IMG/VR virus record: IMGVR_UViG_2579778804_000007
Span: 1-34,195 of that record
DNA: 34,195 nt
Origin: a virus
Taxonomy: Duplodnaviria > Heunggongvirae > Uroviricota > Caudoviricetes
Strand: one strand, 5' to 3'
A program made the translations under genes and the position numbers. The notes under the pieces were generated by a model, which ran no database searches, had not been told where the DNA came from, and worked only from the letters and a program-made list of their open reading frames with translations. Below, in pieces: positions 1 through 9,356 of the stretch; the stretch's first letter is position 1; each line of letters begins with the position of its first letter.

Positions 1-120
1 TACCCAATTTTTCTGAATCTAAAAAGCGCCTGCGGGTGGTTTTGGTGGTGTATTAACATATTGAAAATAAAGGTTTTTTATTTTCATGTGTCCAGATAAC
101 GTCCATCTTTGAAACAAAAA

Positions 121-153
121 GCCCGCAGTTTTTACGCTGCGGGCTTTGTTTTT
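121..153. terminator. Rho-independent terminator hairpin (GCCCGCAG / CTGCGGGC) with A-run upstream and T-run downstream; ends hok-like locus 1 on the minus strand
   Basis: Perfect 8-bp GC-rich inverted repeat with 8-nt loop, flanked by aaaaa and tttgtttttc; functions as a terminator in either orientation. Confidence 0.5.
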
Positions 154-238
154 CTTTGTGACTTTTGTGTGAGGGTGCGACTTTCGACCGAACCTTTGGC
201 AACCGGATAGCGGGGGCTTTCACCCCCGCTGCGGTTTC

Positions 239-379
239 TTACGGTTTACACTGCAAGAACGCCGCAAATTCTGACCACATGATGTTAAGTCTGAACTCAC
301 ACGGAGAACGGTGTATCATCCAGACGGTCAACAACATGGTTAAGCATAAAATGCTCACGATGATCGTTTTTTGCGGCAT
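239..379 (-). CDS. Hok/Gef-family type I toxin, 46 aa (copy 1)
   Basis: Minus-strand ORF MPQKTIIVSILCLTMLLTVWMIHRSPCEFRLNIMWSEFAAFLQCKP: N-terminal TM helix, then R-S-x-C-E and E-x-A-A-F motifs as in Hok/HokA toxins. AAGGAG 9 nt upstream of ATG. Below the ORF-track size cut-off. Coordinates +/-2. Confidence 0.7.
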   Translation of the reverse strand: MPQKTIIVSILCLTMLLTVWMIHRSPCEFRLNIMWSEFAAFLQCKP

Positions 380-534
380 AGCGCTTGACTCCTTTTACAG
401 GGAGGCGCTAACCTTCCACTTGTCTAGGGTAGGAAGGGTTAGGCCTCGGGTTAAACAAATGTTTTACTCGGGGCCTTTCCACATCCGGCCTTCAGGTATT
501 CCTTCCAGCCGTCAGCCGAAAGGCACCCGCATGT

Positions 535-563
535 AATTTACTGATTTCCCTTTGTGTGCGCAA
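535..563 (-). promoter_or_regulatory. Putative sigma70 promoter of hok-like locus 1 (TTGCGC-N17-TAAATT on minus strand)
   Basis: Hexamers read on the minus strand; the same arrangement recurs upstream of copy 2. Confidence 0.35.
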
Positions 564-592
564 TGCTCAGTATTGAAGCTGTTGAGGGGAGA

Positions 593-621
593 CGGCAAAA
601 AAAAGCCCGCATATTGCGGGC
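593..621 (-). terminator. Rho-independent terminator ending hok-like locus 2 (GCCCGCA-tat-TGCGGGC followed by U-run on minus strand)
   Basis: 7-bp GC stem with 3-nt loop, A8 on + strand immediately 5' (T-run on minus). Confidence 0.5.
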
Positions 622-711
622 AATGAAGTCAGTACGCTAACCCAAAAGGGTGCCATATCAGCCGAACCCGGCAACCGGATAGCGGGGGGCTTTCACCCCC
701 GCTGCGGTTTC

Positions 712-852
712 TTACTGTTTACACTGCAAGAACGCCGCAAATTCTGACCACATGATGTTAAGCCTGAACTCACACGGTGACTTGTGTATCATCCAGACAA
801 TCATCAAAATAGTTATGCATAAAATGCTCACTATGATCGTTTTTTGCGGCAT
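712..852 (-). CDS. Hok/Gef-family type I toxin, 46 aa (copy 2)
   Basis: ORF MPQKTIIVSILCITILMIVWMIHKSPCEFRLNIMWSEFAAFLQCKQ; differs from copy 1 only by conservative substitutions (L/I, M/I, R/K, P/Q) despite nucleotide divergence, suggesting purifying selection. AAGGAG ribosome-binding site. Coordinates +/-2. Confidence 0.7.
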   Translation of the reverse strand: MPQKTIIVSILCITILMIVWMIHKSPCEFRLNIMWSEFAAFLQCKQ

Positions 853-1003
853 AGCGCTTGCTCCTTTTTCAAAGAGGCGCTAACCTTCCACTTGCTAGGT
901 AGATGGTCAGGGCCTCGGGTTAAACAAATGTTTGACTCGGGGCCTTTCCTCATCCGGCCTTCAGGTATTCCTTCCAGCCGTCAGCCGAAAGGCACCCGCG
1001 CGT

Positions 1004-1032
1004 AATTTACCTTTTACGTCCGTTACGTGCAA
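1004..1032 (-). promoter_or_regulatory. Putative sigma70 promoter of hok-like locus 2 (TTGCAC-N17-TAAATT on minus strand)
   Basis: Same spacing and -10 hexamer as locus 1; overlaps the first TTACGT repeat cluster. Confidence 0.35.
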
Positions 1033-1600
1033 CGGATGACGTGGCTGTTTTTCCTTCCCCTTCGCCATCCTTTTTCGGAGCAGTTGTGCAAAAGTGTGCA
1101 AAAGTGATTTTTGCTGCCACTCCCCGCCAGGCCGCGCCAGTTCTGGCTTTCCAGATTTTTTCGTTTTCGTCGTCGGATCCTTTTTCAGATCTTCGATCGT
1201 GACGTAATTTTAAAAATCTCTTGTTATTCAGTGCATTAAAATTTTTCGGGATCCTCAGAAAGCCGGAGTTTTTGCACACTTTTGCAAAACCTTGCACAAA
1301 GTGCAAAACCATTCAGAAGGGAAAACCTCAGTAATGGCGCGCCCTGGAGGGGTGTTTTGCACCCCTTTCGATTTGCAAAATTTATCGTACACAAATACCG
1401 GAGGCGTGTGCGGGGTAGCGCCGATTACGTCACTTTACGCGTTACGTCGCCCCCGAAAATTTCCTGCCATTTGCGGCGATTTTGGGGCGCAGAAATCGTT
1501 TTCTGATGTCAGGGGATCGAATCGGGCTGTCGGGGTTATCTCTTCGTTACGTGGCGTTACGTGACGTTTTACGCGGGGATTACGTGGGGCGTTTCGTCCA
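1010..1600. repeat. Non-coding array of short direct and inverted repeats: about 10 copies of TTACGT(G/C) in clusters (about 1012-1045, 1196-1206, 1425-1450, 1545-1590) interleaved with GTGCAAAAG direct repeats and TTGCAC-N3-GTGCAA inverted repeats (about 1085-1110, 1270-1312, 1355-1385)
   Basis: Repeats seen directly; ORFs called here (1007..1312 minus, 1282..1564 plus) look non-protein-like. Function unknown. Confidence 0.5.
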
Positions 1601-1667
1601 TCTTTTTTTCTGCTGCGGGCGGTTTTTTCGTGGTGGGTGATGTCCGGTGATGAATATTTTTTATTGT

Positions 1668-1700
1668 CGGGGGAATAAAAAAGGCCACATTGCGCGGCCT
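1668..1700 (-). terminator. Rho-independent terminator of the phage late (tail) operon
   Basis: On minus strand: AGGCC-gcgcaatgt-GGCCT hairpin followed by TTTTTTATT, just past the stop of the last tail gene at 1715. Confidence 0.4.
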
Positions 1701-1714
1701 GTTAAAGTGAATGA

Positions 1715-3388
1715 TTATTCGATTATTGGTGAATATTTATTTTTAAGCTGGCGGCACTCCTGAGCGACCTGGCTGAACTGTGCGGCCTGCGGAGACGTGC
1801 CCGTTTTGGGGTGGGTATGTGATGCTGTAATATCTGCCAGCTCTTCCACCACATCGGCAAGGTCCGTCAGCATGGTCAGTACATTAATGCCCTCGTTTCC
1901 CAGCTTCACCGTATCGCCAACCAGCTTCTGCGCCAGCGCAATACTGTGACGGACGCCCTTAATCTTTTCGGTAAGGCTGCCGCCCACGGTGTCCAGTGTG
2001 TCGCCTTCCACGTCGCGCTCACAGGTACCGGCAACCACCATCATGTGCCCGCCCGTGCTGATGCTGTAGTTCTCTTCAGTGATATGGGTGACCGCGCCAG
2101 CCTGAAGCGTGGATACGCCCAGGACGGTGGTTGTGTCGGTTGCCTGTATGGTGGTCTCCCGGCTGGTCAGGCTCCGCATTTCCTCGTCTGCGCTCACCAC
2201 GCGCTCGCGTGATCTCTCCTGTATCCGCTGGTCTGTCTGGCGCTCCCAGTCTCCGGCGACCGTCACGCGCTGCGATACGCCGTCGCGCTGTTGCTGCAAC
2301 TGCTCGCCCGGCTTCACGTCGGGCAGATTGTGGCCCTCTGCCATTATCTGGCGGATGAAGGGCTTATCCGCCCGGCCTTCCACAAATCCCACTTCCACCA
2401 GGGTTCCGGGTGGCGGGAACTGGAACATGCCGGACTCACTGCCCGCCATGGGAACGGGGAGGGGAACGGCGTTATAAACGGGCGTATCCGCTGCCGGGTT
2501 GCCGTTCTCGTCAAGCAGCTGGAGATTCACCGCGTAGCGGGGTCTGAACGGGTCGGCAATATTGCCCGCGCTGACGGCTTCGGTCGGCGCCTCAACACGT
2601 GCCAGTTTGGGCAGGTGAAGCCCTGATGCCAGTTCAGGGAAGGCCTTTTCAGCCTGGCGACGGAAAGGGGACTTCTGGAGGGGGGCGCCGGTGGCTTTAT
2701 TGCGTGGTGTCCACGTGATGGTCATGTTGTCATCTTCCAGCATGACCATCGTCAGGCGCTGACCGTTCACCTCCACACCCGGTCGCAGCGTCTGAATCAT
2801 CGGGAGGGTCATACTGTGCCCGCCCGTTGATGCCTGGCTGAACTCGTGCGGGATGGTGACGGGGCGACCGGAAAACATCCCCTGCGCGGCAGCAGCGGCC
2901 ATAATGCCGCCGTCCGGTAACGGATGCCAGATGTAATCCGGTACGGAGAAAATACGCCCCAGACTGGCCAGCAGTTCGTAGCCCGTGCCGCTGTGCGTGA
3001 AATGCGGAACGGGCCTGTCAGTGTAAGCCGCGTTGTCCGGCAGGATGATTTCCAGCCCGCTGGTCTCACTCAGCCACTGTGTGACCGTGCGCATTGTCGG
3101 GTGCTGAAATGAACAGGGGAAGGGGTGATCAAGGATCCCCGCCATTTCACGAATCAGAAGCCGTACCGAACCGTTTTCAGCGGGCTGGCTGCGTTCAACG
3201 TATCCGGTAAACCAGCGCACCAGGTCGTTTCCGTAGCCGATATCGAGACGAACGGGGCGCCCGGTGTAGTTCTGCTCTGTTCTGGCCGTGATAAATCCGC
3301 GTCCGCACGCGTTCAGCTCAAGCATGACGGAACAACTGACCAGCTGAATGGTGTCGTTACCCAGTAACAGACGTTTAGTGGGGTTCAT
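1715..3388 (-). CDS. Phage baseplate hub / central spike protein (gpD / VgrG-like), 557 aa
   Basis: Last gene of late operon; size and C-terminal H-x-H (SHTHP) motif resemble hub-spike proteins. Family assignment from memory only. Confidence 0.45.
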   Translation of the reverse strand: MNPTKRLLLGNDTIQLVSCSVMLELNACGRGFITARTEQNYTGRPVRLDIGYGNDLVRWFTGYVERSQPAENGSVRLLIREMAGILDHPFPCSFQHPTMRTVTQWLSETSGLEIILPDNAAYTDRPVPHFTHSGTGYELLASLGRIFSVPDYIWHPLPDGGIMAAAAAQGMFSGRPVTIPHEFSQASTGGHSMTLPMIQTLRPGVEVNGQRLTMVMLEDDNMTITWTPRNKATGAPLQKSPFRRQAEKAFPELASGLHLPKLARVEAPTEAVSAGNIADPFRPRYAVNLQLLDENGNPAADTPVYNAVPLPVPMAGSESGMFQFPPPGTLVEVGFVEGRADKPFIRQIMAEGHNLPDVKPGEQLQQQRDGVSQRVTVAGDWERQTDQRIQERSRERVVSADEEMRSLTSRETTIQATDTTTVLGVSTLQAGAVTHITEENYSISTGGHMMVVAGTCERDVEGDTLDTVGGSLTEKIKGVRHSIALAQKLVGDTVKLGNEGINVLTMLTDLADVVEELADITASHTHPKTGTSPQAAQFSQVAQECRQLKNKYSPIIE

Positions 3389-3390
3389 GG

Positions 3391-3933
3391 TTACTCCAGC
3401 GCATCATTGACGGGTTTGAGGACCTTTTCTTCGAACCAGGTCATTTTCTCCGGTGTTTCGTCGGCCACGGTCCCGCCTTTTGCGCCGGGCGTCTGCGGCG
3501 TCTGTTTACGGCTGCTGCCGGGGGTGGCGCGTGCCTGGCGTTTTTCCGGTACGCTTCGTCTTTCGCGTAATGTGAAGCTGACCTGCCAGGCGAGGCGGTC
3601 GGTCTGTTGCTGTGCGTCTATCTGCCCGGAAAATGTCCCTTCACGAAAGTTAATGGCGGCAGCGGTGGCGTTTGCGATACGGTAAACTTTCAGGGCACCG
3701 TCCCCGGTGGTGGCAGAGGCCAGCTGGAAAATGCGCTGAAGGGCCCGCTCATTGTCAAAGGTGATCATCCCGGTTACGCGAAGCTCTTTGGCCTTGATGC
3801 CCTGCTCGGCGTTCGCGGTGCTCGATGTCTGGCCGGACTGGTCCTTTTCCTGGAACTGCATCGAGGGTGAAATCACCATGTTCTGCATGAAAATACCCTC
3901 ACCATCAAGGGCGAGCAGTGCGGTCTGGCTCAT
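3391..3933 (-). CDS. Uncharacterised tail-module protein, 180 aa (possibly gpU-like)
   Basis: Abuts the hub gene and overlaps the upstream ORF; no motif recognised. Confidence 0.35.
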   Translation of the reverse strand: MSQTALLALDGEGIFMQNMVISPSMQFQEKDQSGQTSSTANAEQGIKAKELRVTGMITFDNERALQRIFQLASATTGDGALKVYRIANATAAAINFREGTFSGQIDAQQQTDRLAWQVSFTLRERRSVPEKRQARATPGSSRKQTPQTPGAKGGTVADETPEKMTWFEEKVLKPVNDALE

Positions 3934-4630
3934 GGATCATTTTCCCCAGTTCAGTTAATGAGTCTGCCGCCAGGAGTGCGGCCACGGTATGTACGGCGGT
4001 CGGAGCCGGGATATCCTTCACCATGGCCGCCGCTGCGGCGCGGTGATACCCCCGGTACTGAAATACCCAGGCCTGCGCCTTCTGTTCTGCCAGTGTTCTG
4101 ATCCCCTCTTCCAGTCCGGCAAGTGCGCCAGCCCGTCTGCTGATAAAGCGGCTTATCTGGCTGCGAAGCCCTGCGGCATCCGGGCGTTGTGCTGCCAGCT
4201 GCCTGGCCTGTGCTGCACGGGCGGCGCTGACTGCGTTGCGCATTGTGGCAACGGAAAGATGCACAGGTGCGGGCAGGGTGTCGGTGGTGATCGGGATTTG
4301 CATTTTGTCAGTGCTCAGACTGGCGGCAGCCTGTGCCATGCGCTGTGCCTGCGTGAATACCGGCACGGGCAGAACGGCGGTCAGTGCCGCCATTGACTGT
4401 ATAAAAAGATCGTGGGTGTTTTCGGCAATCATGATAATGGTCACGTCGCCGGATGCACGGCTTCCGGCCATTTTCCCGGCCAGCCAGTTTATGGCGTTCG
4501 GAGGGCTTAAATATACCCCCGATTCTTCATATCGTCCCAGCCCGTAAGTCCACGGTGTGACGGGGATGACGGAACAGCTCAGCGGGGGCATGTCAGCGCT
4601 GACGCTGATTGTTTTTCTTGTCCACGTCAT
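3905..4630 (-). CDS. Uncharacterised late-operon protein, 241 aa, Ala-rich
   Basis: GGAGG ribosome-binding site 4 nt before ATG, directly after the fibre-assembly gene; no family recognised. Confidence 0.35.
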   Translation of the reverse strand: MTWTRKTISVSADMPPLSCSVIPVTPWTYGLGRYEESGVYLSPPNAINWLAGKMAGSRASGDVTIIMIAENTHDLFIQSMAALTAVLPVPVFTQAQRMAQAAASLSTDKMQIPITTDTLPAPVHLSVATMRNAVSAARAAQARQLAAQRPDAAGLRSQISRFISRRAGALAGLEEGIRTLAEQKAQAWVFQYRGYHRAAAAAMVKDIPAPTAVHTVAALLAADSLTELGKMIHEPDRTARP

Positions 4631-4641
4631 GGTGCCTCCGG

Positions 4642-5238
4642 TCAGCCTGCGTGATGATCCGGCGAAGGGGATTCAGGCCAGACAATATCCGGCGCGTTGC
4701 CCGTGTCTGTCCGGCTCAGTAATACCCGGTATTTTTTCCACAGGGGAAGCAGGGCGCTTTCATCGTCGGTCGCCATATTTAAATCCACGGCATCCTGAAG
4801 GATGTTTATTGTATTTGTTGCCTCCTGTATTAATTTCCGTTTTTTATTCTCTGCCTCGCTTACCCGGTAAGCCTGTTCTGCCGCTTCATCCTTAACCCAT
4901 GATGAACCGTCCCAGCGGCAGAACTCCCCGTCCGGTTTTATCATGGTCACGTTTTCCGGTAACGGGCCCGGCTCAGTAATCAGTAAGGCGCTTCCCGACT
5001 CCAGACGCCAGACGGTTTTACCCCGGTGATCTTCCATGAGGTGCCAGGTGTTTTCATCCTCATCAAAGATAGCCACGTGTCCTTCAGGAATGTCAGGCGG
5101 GGCAATGTCCGTTGAGTGCGCAGGCAGTCCGGTATGCGGAGGGATCCATGCATCGCCTTCGCCGATAAATTCATTTGTTCCGGCTGACAGGTTGTAGATT
5201 TTAATTGTCTGCGGGTGTTCGCTCATTTTAAAGGTCAT
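4642..5238 (-). CDS. Tail fibre assembly protein (Tfa / P2 gpG-like)
   Basis: 198 aa; C-terminal [18 protein letters not shown] motif typical of Tfa chaperones; directly after the tail fibre gene. Confidence 0.75.
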   Translation of the reverse strand: MTFKMSEHPQTIKIYNLSAGTNEFIGEGDAWIPPHTGLPAHSTDIAPPDIPEGHVAIFDEDENTWHLMEDHRGKTVWRLESGSALLITEPGPLPENVTMIKPDGEFCRWDGSSWVKDEAAEQAYRVSEAENKKRKLIQEATNTINILQDAVDLNMATDDESALLPLWKKYRVLLSRTDTGNAPDIVWPESPSPDHHAG

Positions 5239-7280
5239 TATGCAAGCCTCACGATGTAGTTAAATGCGATGTTTTTAACGGTGTTTTCGGCATTACCGGT
5301 GGGGTTAATGGTCAGGCCGTGACCATGTGAACCCAGTGCGATCGTGTGGGCGTGTTCGCCAATGGCTACCGAATGTGTGTGCCCCGGAAGGTTTACTGTC
5401 AGGTTTGCTCCGGAACCCGGTCCGTATGCGGTCCAGTCGCCGCTGCCTTCCGGTGACGCGGTGGCGGTTCTCAGTGCTATGTTTGCAGAGCCTGAACCCG
5501 CGCTTCCTGTTGTTTTTGTGCCGTAATTGAAGGATGAGGTCGTTTTCGTGCCAAGGTTAGTGTTTGAGACGCTCCCCCCGTGGGTGTGGGATTTGATACC
5601 GTCCTGCTCCTGTGACAATACCGCACGACCGCTGGCGGGTTTCCCCTTGATTGTCCAGCCGCGCATATCCGGGATGCGACCGTTCGGATAGGCTTTTGCC
5701 AGCAGGGGGTATTGCGCTTTATCGAATGTCTGCCCCACCATGATGGCGTAACCGTCAGGCGGGGTGTCTGACGGCCACGGAAAAGGAATACCAGCCGGTA
5801 ATGCCTCAGTTGCAGGCAGTGCGCCGATGTCCTGTGGTGTGGGTTTGTTTTTATCCGTGTAAGTGCGGTACCAGATGGGTTTTCTTCCCCGATCCAGTAT
5901 CACCCCGGTAAATTGTGCCCGGTGTTCTTTTGTGGTCGGATCTGAATCTTCCAGCCCGGTGGTGATCCTGACTATTCCGCCGATGAGTTCGCCAAACACT
6001 TCAATCAGGCAGCCACCCAGGCAGATATCGCCATACCCCGTGTCAGTAAGCACGCTGTGCTGTGACAGTGAAATATTGGCCCTTAATACCCAGCTCCCCG
6101 TTCTGAATGCACCGCGCTCATTCAGCCATTCCACGAACTGTTCTGTTGTCCAGCGTTGCCCTGCTTTACCCACGTATCCGTCAGCATCATAAACCCGGGG
6201 AGCACCGATGTTGATAATAAACAATTCCTTGTTGGGGATGTCCTCACCATTGCGGTTTTTCGCAAGCCGACCATCGGCGTTGTCCATGGCGATCTTTATA
6301 GCCTTTGGCGTGGCTGCCTGTGTCTCTGATGTACTGGTGGTGGCGCTGCTTAACTGTGTGAATCCCTTTTCTTTCAGTGTTGCGTCCGGGTGGTTGCGTG
6401 ACTTCTCGTGTTTTTTCAGAGCGTCCAGACTGCGGCGCTCCTCCGGGGTTCCTGTGGGACGAAGGTCGGTTACAGTGCCTTCTGCGTTGATGTCCGCAAG
6501 GGCTGTGACATAATGCTGAATACCGTTTTCCTGGTAATCTTTCAGCGAATCGGTCACCGTGATTTTGTGCTGAACCTCCCATTCACTGGTGAGCGTGCCG
6601 GTCCAGCATACATCCAGCCAGAGGCGGGCTGGACGGCGGGGGATACTGACGGGCTGGCTGACTGCCAGTTCGGCGCGTAAGCCCTGTACGTAGCCGTAAC
6701 CCTTATTCACCGTGTAGGTGTTGCCGCTTCTGGTGATCAGCCAGCCGTCACCGAAGAATGCAGCGTTACCGTAAATATCGATGTTTTCGCGGCGCTGGCG
6801 TTCGTCCATGGATGCCAGGCGTGCCGTGAAGTCTATCTGCCAGGTCTGCGCCGGGGTGGTGATACCTGTGGCTTCCTTCGCACCGCTGTACTCCATGAGC
6901 ATGGAACGGACCAGCACATTACCTTCGTTACCGTTGTGGGTTCTGATTTTTTTCTGTGTGGGGGCGTGAACAATCATGGCCAGCGTGCTGGTTGCTTTGC
7001 TGACCAGTCCCACCCAGTTAAATTCAAAATCACCCAGCTCTGCCCCCAGGGTGACCGAATAAACCACGGCATTCTCATTCACCACGCCGGTTTTACCAAC
7101 GGCCTGGCGGTGAACAATCTGATCTTCAGGCGGCAGGATTTCGTCGGGGGATACCGGTGTTTCCGGGTTGAGGTCCGGGACGTTTGCAAAAATAAACTCA
7201 TCCAGCACGACGGGGGTGCCTTCCGCCGCCTGCTGTGCCTTGAGCCGGATAAAGGCGCTGGTAATTACAGATTTCGCCAT
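5238..7280 (-). CDS. Tail fibre protein (P2 gpH-like), 680 aa
   Basis: Conserved fibre N-terminus ([40 protein letters not shown]), Gly/Ser/Thr-rich distal region with His-rich C-terminal repeats. Confidence 0.8.
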   Translation of the reverse strand: MAKSVITSAFIRLKAQQAAEGTPVVLDEFIFANVPDLNPETPVSPDEILPPEDQIVHRQAVGKTGVVNENAVVYSVTLGAELGDFEFNWVGLVSKATSTLAMIVHAPTQKKIRTHNGNEGNVLVRSMLMEYSGAKEATGITTPAQTWQIDFTARLASMDERQRRENIDIYGNAAFFGDGWLITRSGNTYTVNKGYGYVQGLRAELAVSQPVSIPRRPARLWLDVCWTGTLTSEWEVQHKITVTDSLKDYQENGIQHYVTALADINAEGTVTDLRPTGTPEERRSLDALKKHEKSRNHPDATLKEKGFTQLSSATTSTSETQAATPKAIKIAMDNADGRLAKNRNGEDIPNKELFIINIGAPRVYDADGYVGKAGQRWTTEQFVEWLNERGAFRTGSWVLRANISLSQHSVLTDTGYGDICLGGCLIEVFGELIGGIVRITTGLEDSDPTTKEHRAQFTGVILDRGRKPIWYRTYTDKNKPTPQDIGALPATEALPAGIPFPWPSDTPPDGYAIMVGQTFDKAQYPLLAKAYPNGRIPDMRGWTIKGKPASGRAVLSQEQDGIKSHTHGGSVSNTNLGTKTTSSFNYGTKTTGSAGSGSANIALRTATASPEGSGDWTAYGPGSGANLTVNLPGHTHSVAIGEHAHTIALGSHGHGLTINPTGNAENTVKNIAFNYIVRLA

Positions 7281-7302
7281 AAAGTCATACTCCTTCAGTC
7301 AT

Positions 7303-7866
7303 TCACTCTGCCCTGGCCGTCCAGCAGATATACTCCCCTTCGTATGCGCCATAATGGATGATGAAGGGGTTGAGGGTTTCCACTTCAAAACGGTAACGGC
7401 GGCATGTCCTGCCATATTTGCGGATGATCTCCAGAAGAAGATCGCTGTTGTCGGCTATCTGGCTGTCTGTCACCCGCACCAGGATCACATCCCAGTCCAC
7501 GCCGGGCTGGCGCTCGAGTAACTCCACGTAGCCGATGCCCAGCCGTTCAAAAATGGCGATAAAGCCCGCCACCTCGCCAGCCTCCTGTGCATTGATGAAG
7601 GCGTAACTGATGCGGCGGCGGTAGATCTCCGTGGGTTCCCCTTTAAAGCGGGTGATGTCCCGCTCCCATGCCAGCAAATCAAGTACAGGCTCTGCACATG
7701 TCATAGGGTCAAACTGACGTTGCGGCCAGGTGATCCATTCCCATACGCGGGACCAGAACGCCTGTGCGGCCCGCAGTAGTTTGTCGGGTTCCCCCCTGTC
7801 CATCCACGAGGGCAGTTTCAACGAGCGAAGCTGTTGCAAAAAATCACTCAATGACCACCTCCACAC
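7303..7866 (-). CDS. Baseplate/tail protein (P2 gpI / Mu gp48-like)
   Basis: 187 aa between baseplate J gene and fibre gene; family assignment from position and general resemblance. Confidence 0.5.
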   Translation of the reverse strand: MWRWSLSDFLQQLRSLKLPSWMDRGEPDKLLRAAQAFWSRVWEWITWPQRQFDPMTCAEPVLDLLAWERDITRFKGEPTEIYRRRISYAFINAQEAGEVAGFIAIFERLGIGYVELLERQPGVDWDVILVRVTDSQIADNSDLLLEIIRKYGRTCRRYRFEVETLNPFIIHYGAYEGEYICWTARAE

Positions 7867-9028
7867 TCAGGGATTCGAGCCGTGGCACGGCCAGATCGCT
7901 GATGATGTCCTCCAGTGAAAACTGAACCGATGCCACCACCGGGAAGGTCTGATGAATTTCCTTGCCCAGCGTGGAAAACGAAAAGCGCGAATAGGGCCAG
8001 ACTTTTTTCACATTAAAGCGGGCGTTCTCCCGAAAAGCGCAGCGTATCAGGTCGCTGATATCCTGTTTCAGCCCGTCCACGCCGTCAGGTGGCAGGGTGG
8101 TTGTGCTTCTGACGTACACGGTGACGTCCAGAGTGTGGCTCGTCTCCGGCATGGCAAAACACTGTAAATCATCCCCGTGTCCGTGATGGCCCTCCTCGCT
8201 GATGTAACGGTTTACGGCCTCAATGAAAGGGGCGGATGCCTCGCCGCTGTCCAGCAAGAGGTAGGCGTTGGCTGTTCCCGGTCCTCTCGGAGCGTCGTGT
8301 TTAAAGTAGATCCGGTCGATGCTCAGGCCTGCCACGCTGGCGATAAGTCCCCGGTAGACGGCGTCCGTGTGGTAACTGCTCACGAGGTTAAACTGGTTGC
8401 GTATTCTGTCGCGCAGTTCGTCGTCGCTTTCCTCATCGGCACCCGGTACGGTCAGCCAGTCTTCCCGGTTCACCACGGATGCAATGCCGGGAATGGCAAC
8501 GGGAAGGATACGGAAGTACCCCGGCGCGAGGTTGTGCCCGCTGCCTTCGGTGGTGGCTTCCACGGGAACGGATGCGCCGCTTTTACCGCTGCTGATAAGC
8601 GTTTCTTCCGTGACGGTCATGCTGTATATCACGCCGTTAATTCTGGAGGTCTGGACGATGGTGCCTTCGGGGATGAGGACGTCATCATTTGCCCTGGTTT
8701 TGGCAAACCAGATCACGCCACTGGCCTTACTGGCCGGTTTTGGGGTGATGTTGACGTCGTGCGCATGAAGCAGAAGAAGTGACCGGTCAGCCGTGGCGAC
8801 AAACATACCGGGCAGCACAACGTCAACCAGCGCATCACGCAGCCACTGAACGGGTCGTATGACAATGGTCAGAATGAGCCGCCAGAAGGGACTCATGGGC
8901 GAGGTGTTGGTGATGAGTCCGGTTTTCTGTACATCCTCATGAAAGAGGGTGGCGATCTCTTCTTCTGTTTCCGGCATACCGCTTTCACGGAATACCTGAT
9001 TAAAATCAACGTCCGGTTTCCCTTTCAT
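7844..9028 (-). CDS. Baseplate J-like protein (P2 gpJ / Mu gp47 family)
   Basis: 394 aa; size and position typical of baseplate wedge J proteins. Confidence 0.7.
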   Translation of the reverse strand: MKGKPDVDFNQVFRESGMPETEEEIATLFHEDVQKTGLITNTSPMSPFWRLILTIVIRPVQWLRDALVDVVLPGMFVATADRSLLLLHAHDVNITPKPASKASGVIWFAKTRANDDVLIPEGTIVQTSRINGVIYSMTVTEETLISSGKSGASVPVEATTEGSGHNLAPGYFRILPVAIPGIASVVNREDWLTVPGADEESDDELRDRIRNQFNLVSSYHTDAVYRGLIASVAGLSIDRIYFKHDAPRGPGTANAYLLLDSGEASAPFIEAVNRYISEEGHHGHGDDLQCFAMPETSHTLDVTVYVRSTTTLPPDGVDGLKQDISDLIRCAFRENARFNVKKVWPYSRFSFSTLGKEIHQTFPVVASVQFSLEDIISDLAVPRLESLSVEVVIE

Positions 9029-9356
9029 AGTTCACCCTGGTGTTTATGCGTCCAAAATCCTGTGTCTCTGCCGTCACATGCAGCCTGCCCGGTGCCTCTT
9101 CGTTAATGAACACCGTCCCCGGAACCAGCCGTTCATCATCCTCAACCAGGAGGATAAGCCGGGTAATGATGTCGCTGCGCAGCGTCGGGCTGCGTTCGCC
9201 GATAAGCAGGGCGGCGATCCCGCTTTCGATAATGCTGTGCACCACGTCCTGGCCGATGCTGACCCGGTTATCACATCGCTGTGGCTCGTTGCCGCTGTTC
9301 AGCGTAAAACTGCCGTCAGTGATAAGCAGGTCGATGTAAAGCGATGGCGTGTTCAT
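9006..9356 (-). CDS. Small baseplate assembly protein (gpW / Mu gp46-like), about 116 aa
   Basis: Start taken as the ATG overlapping the tape-measure stop (ATGA coupling); the track's longer ORF starts at 9377. Family assignment weak. Confidence 0.4.
   Translation of the reverse strand: MNTPSLYIDLLITDGSFTLNSGNEPQRCDNRVSIGQDVVHSIIESGIAALLIGERSPTLRSDIITRLILLVEDDERLVPGTVFINEEAPGRLHVTAETQDFGRINTRVNYERETGR

Larger units (their letters stand above)
165..1012 (-). repeat. Two tandem copies (about 415 bp each, roughly 125-540 and 598-1010) of a hok/sok-like type I toxin-antitoxin locus
   Basis: The two units align over about 350 bp with scattered substitutions and small indels; each has a 46-codon hydrophobic ORF with AAGGAG ribosome-binding site, a conserved hairpin just after the stop, and a terminator. 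Confidence 0.7.

Noticed and set aside
165-536. 123-aa + strand ORF inside hok-like repeat copy 1
   Set aside because: The second repeat copy does not keep this frame open, the sequence is not protein-like, and the conserved coding signal is the 46-aa Hok-like ORF on the minus strand.
165-1012. Possibility that the tandem 350-bp repeats are tmRNA, tRNA, RNase P or another classical structured RNA gene used as an att site
   Set aside because: No match to the conserved ends or motifs of tmRNA, RNase P RNA, 6S RNA or a tRNA cloverleaf as far as I can recall them; the conserved small ORF explains the repeat better.
1007-1564. ORFs 1007..1312 (minus), 1282..1506 and 1292..1564 (plus) in the repeat array
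   Set aside because: Low-complexity, basic, non-protein-like translations spanning obvious repeat motifs; no ribosome-binding sites; mutually overlapping.
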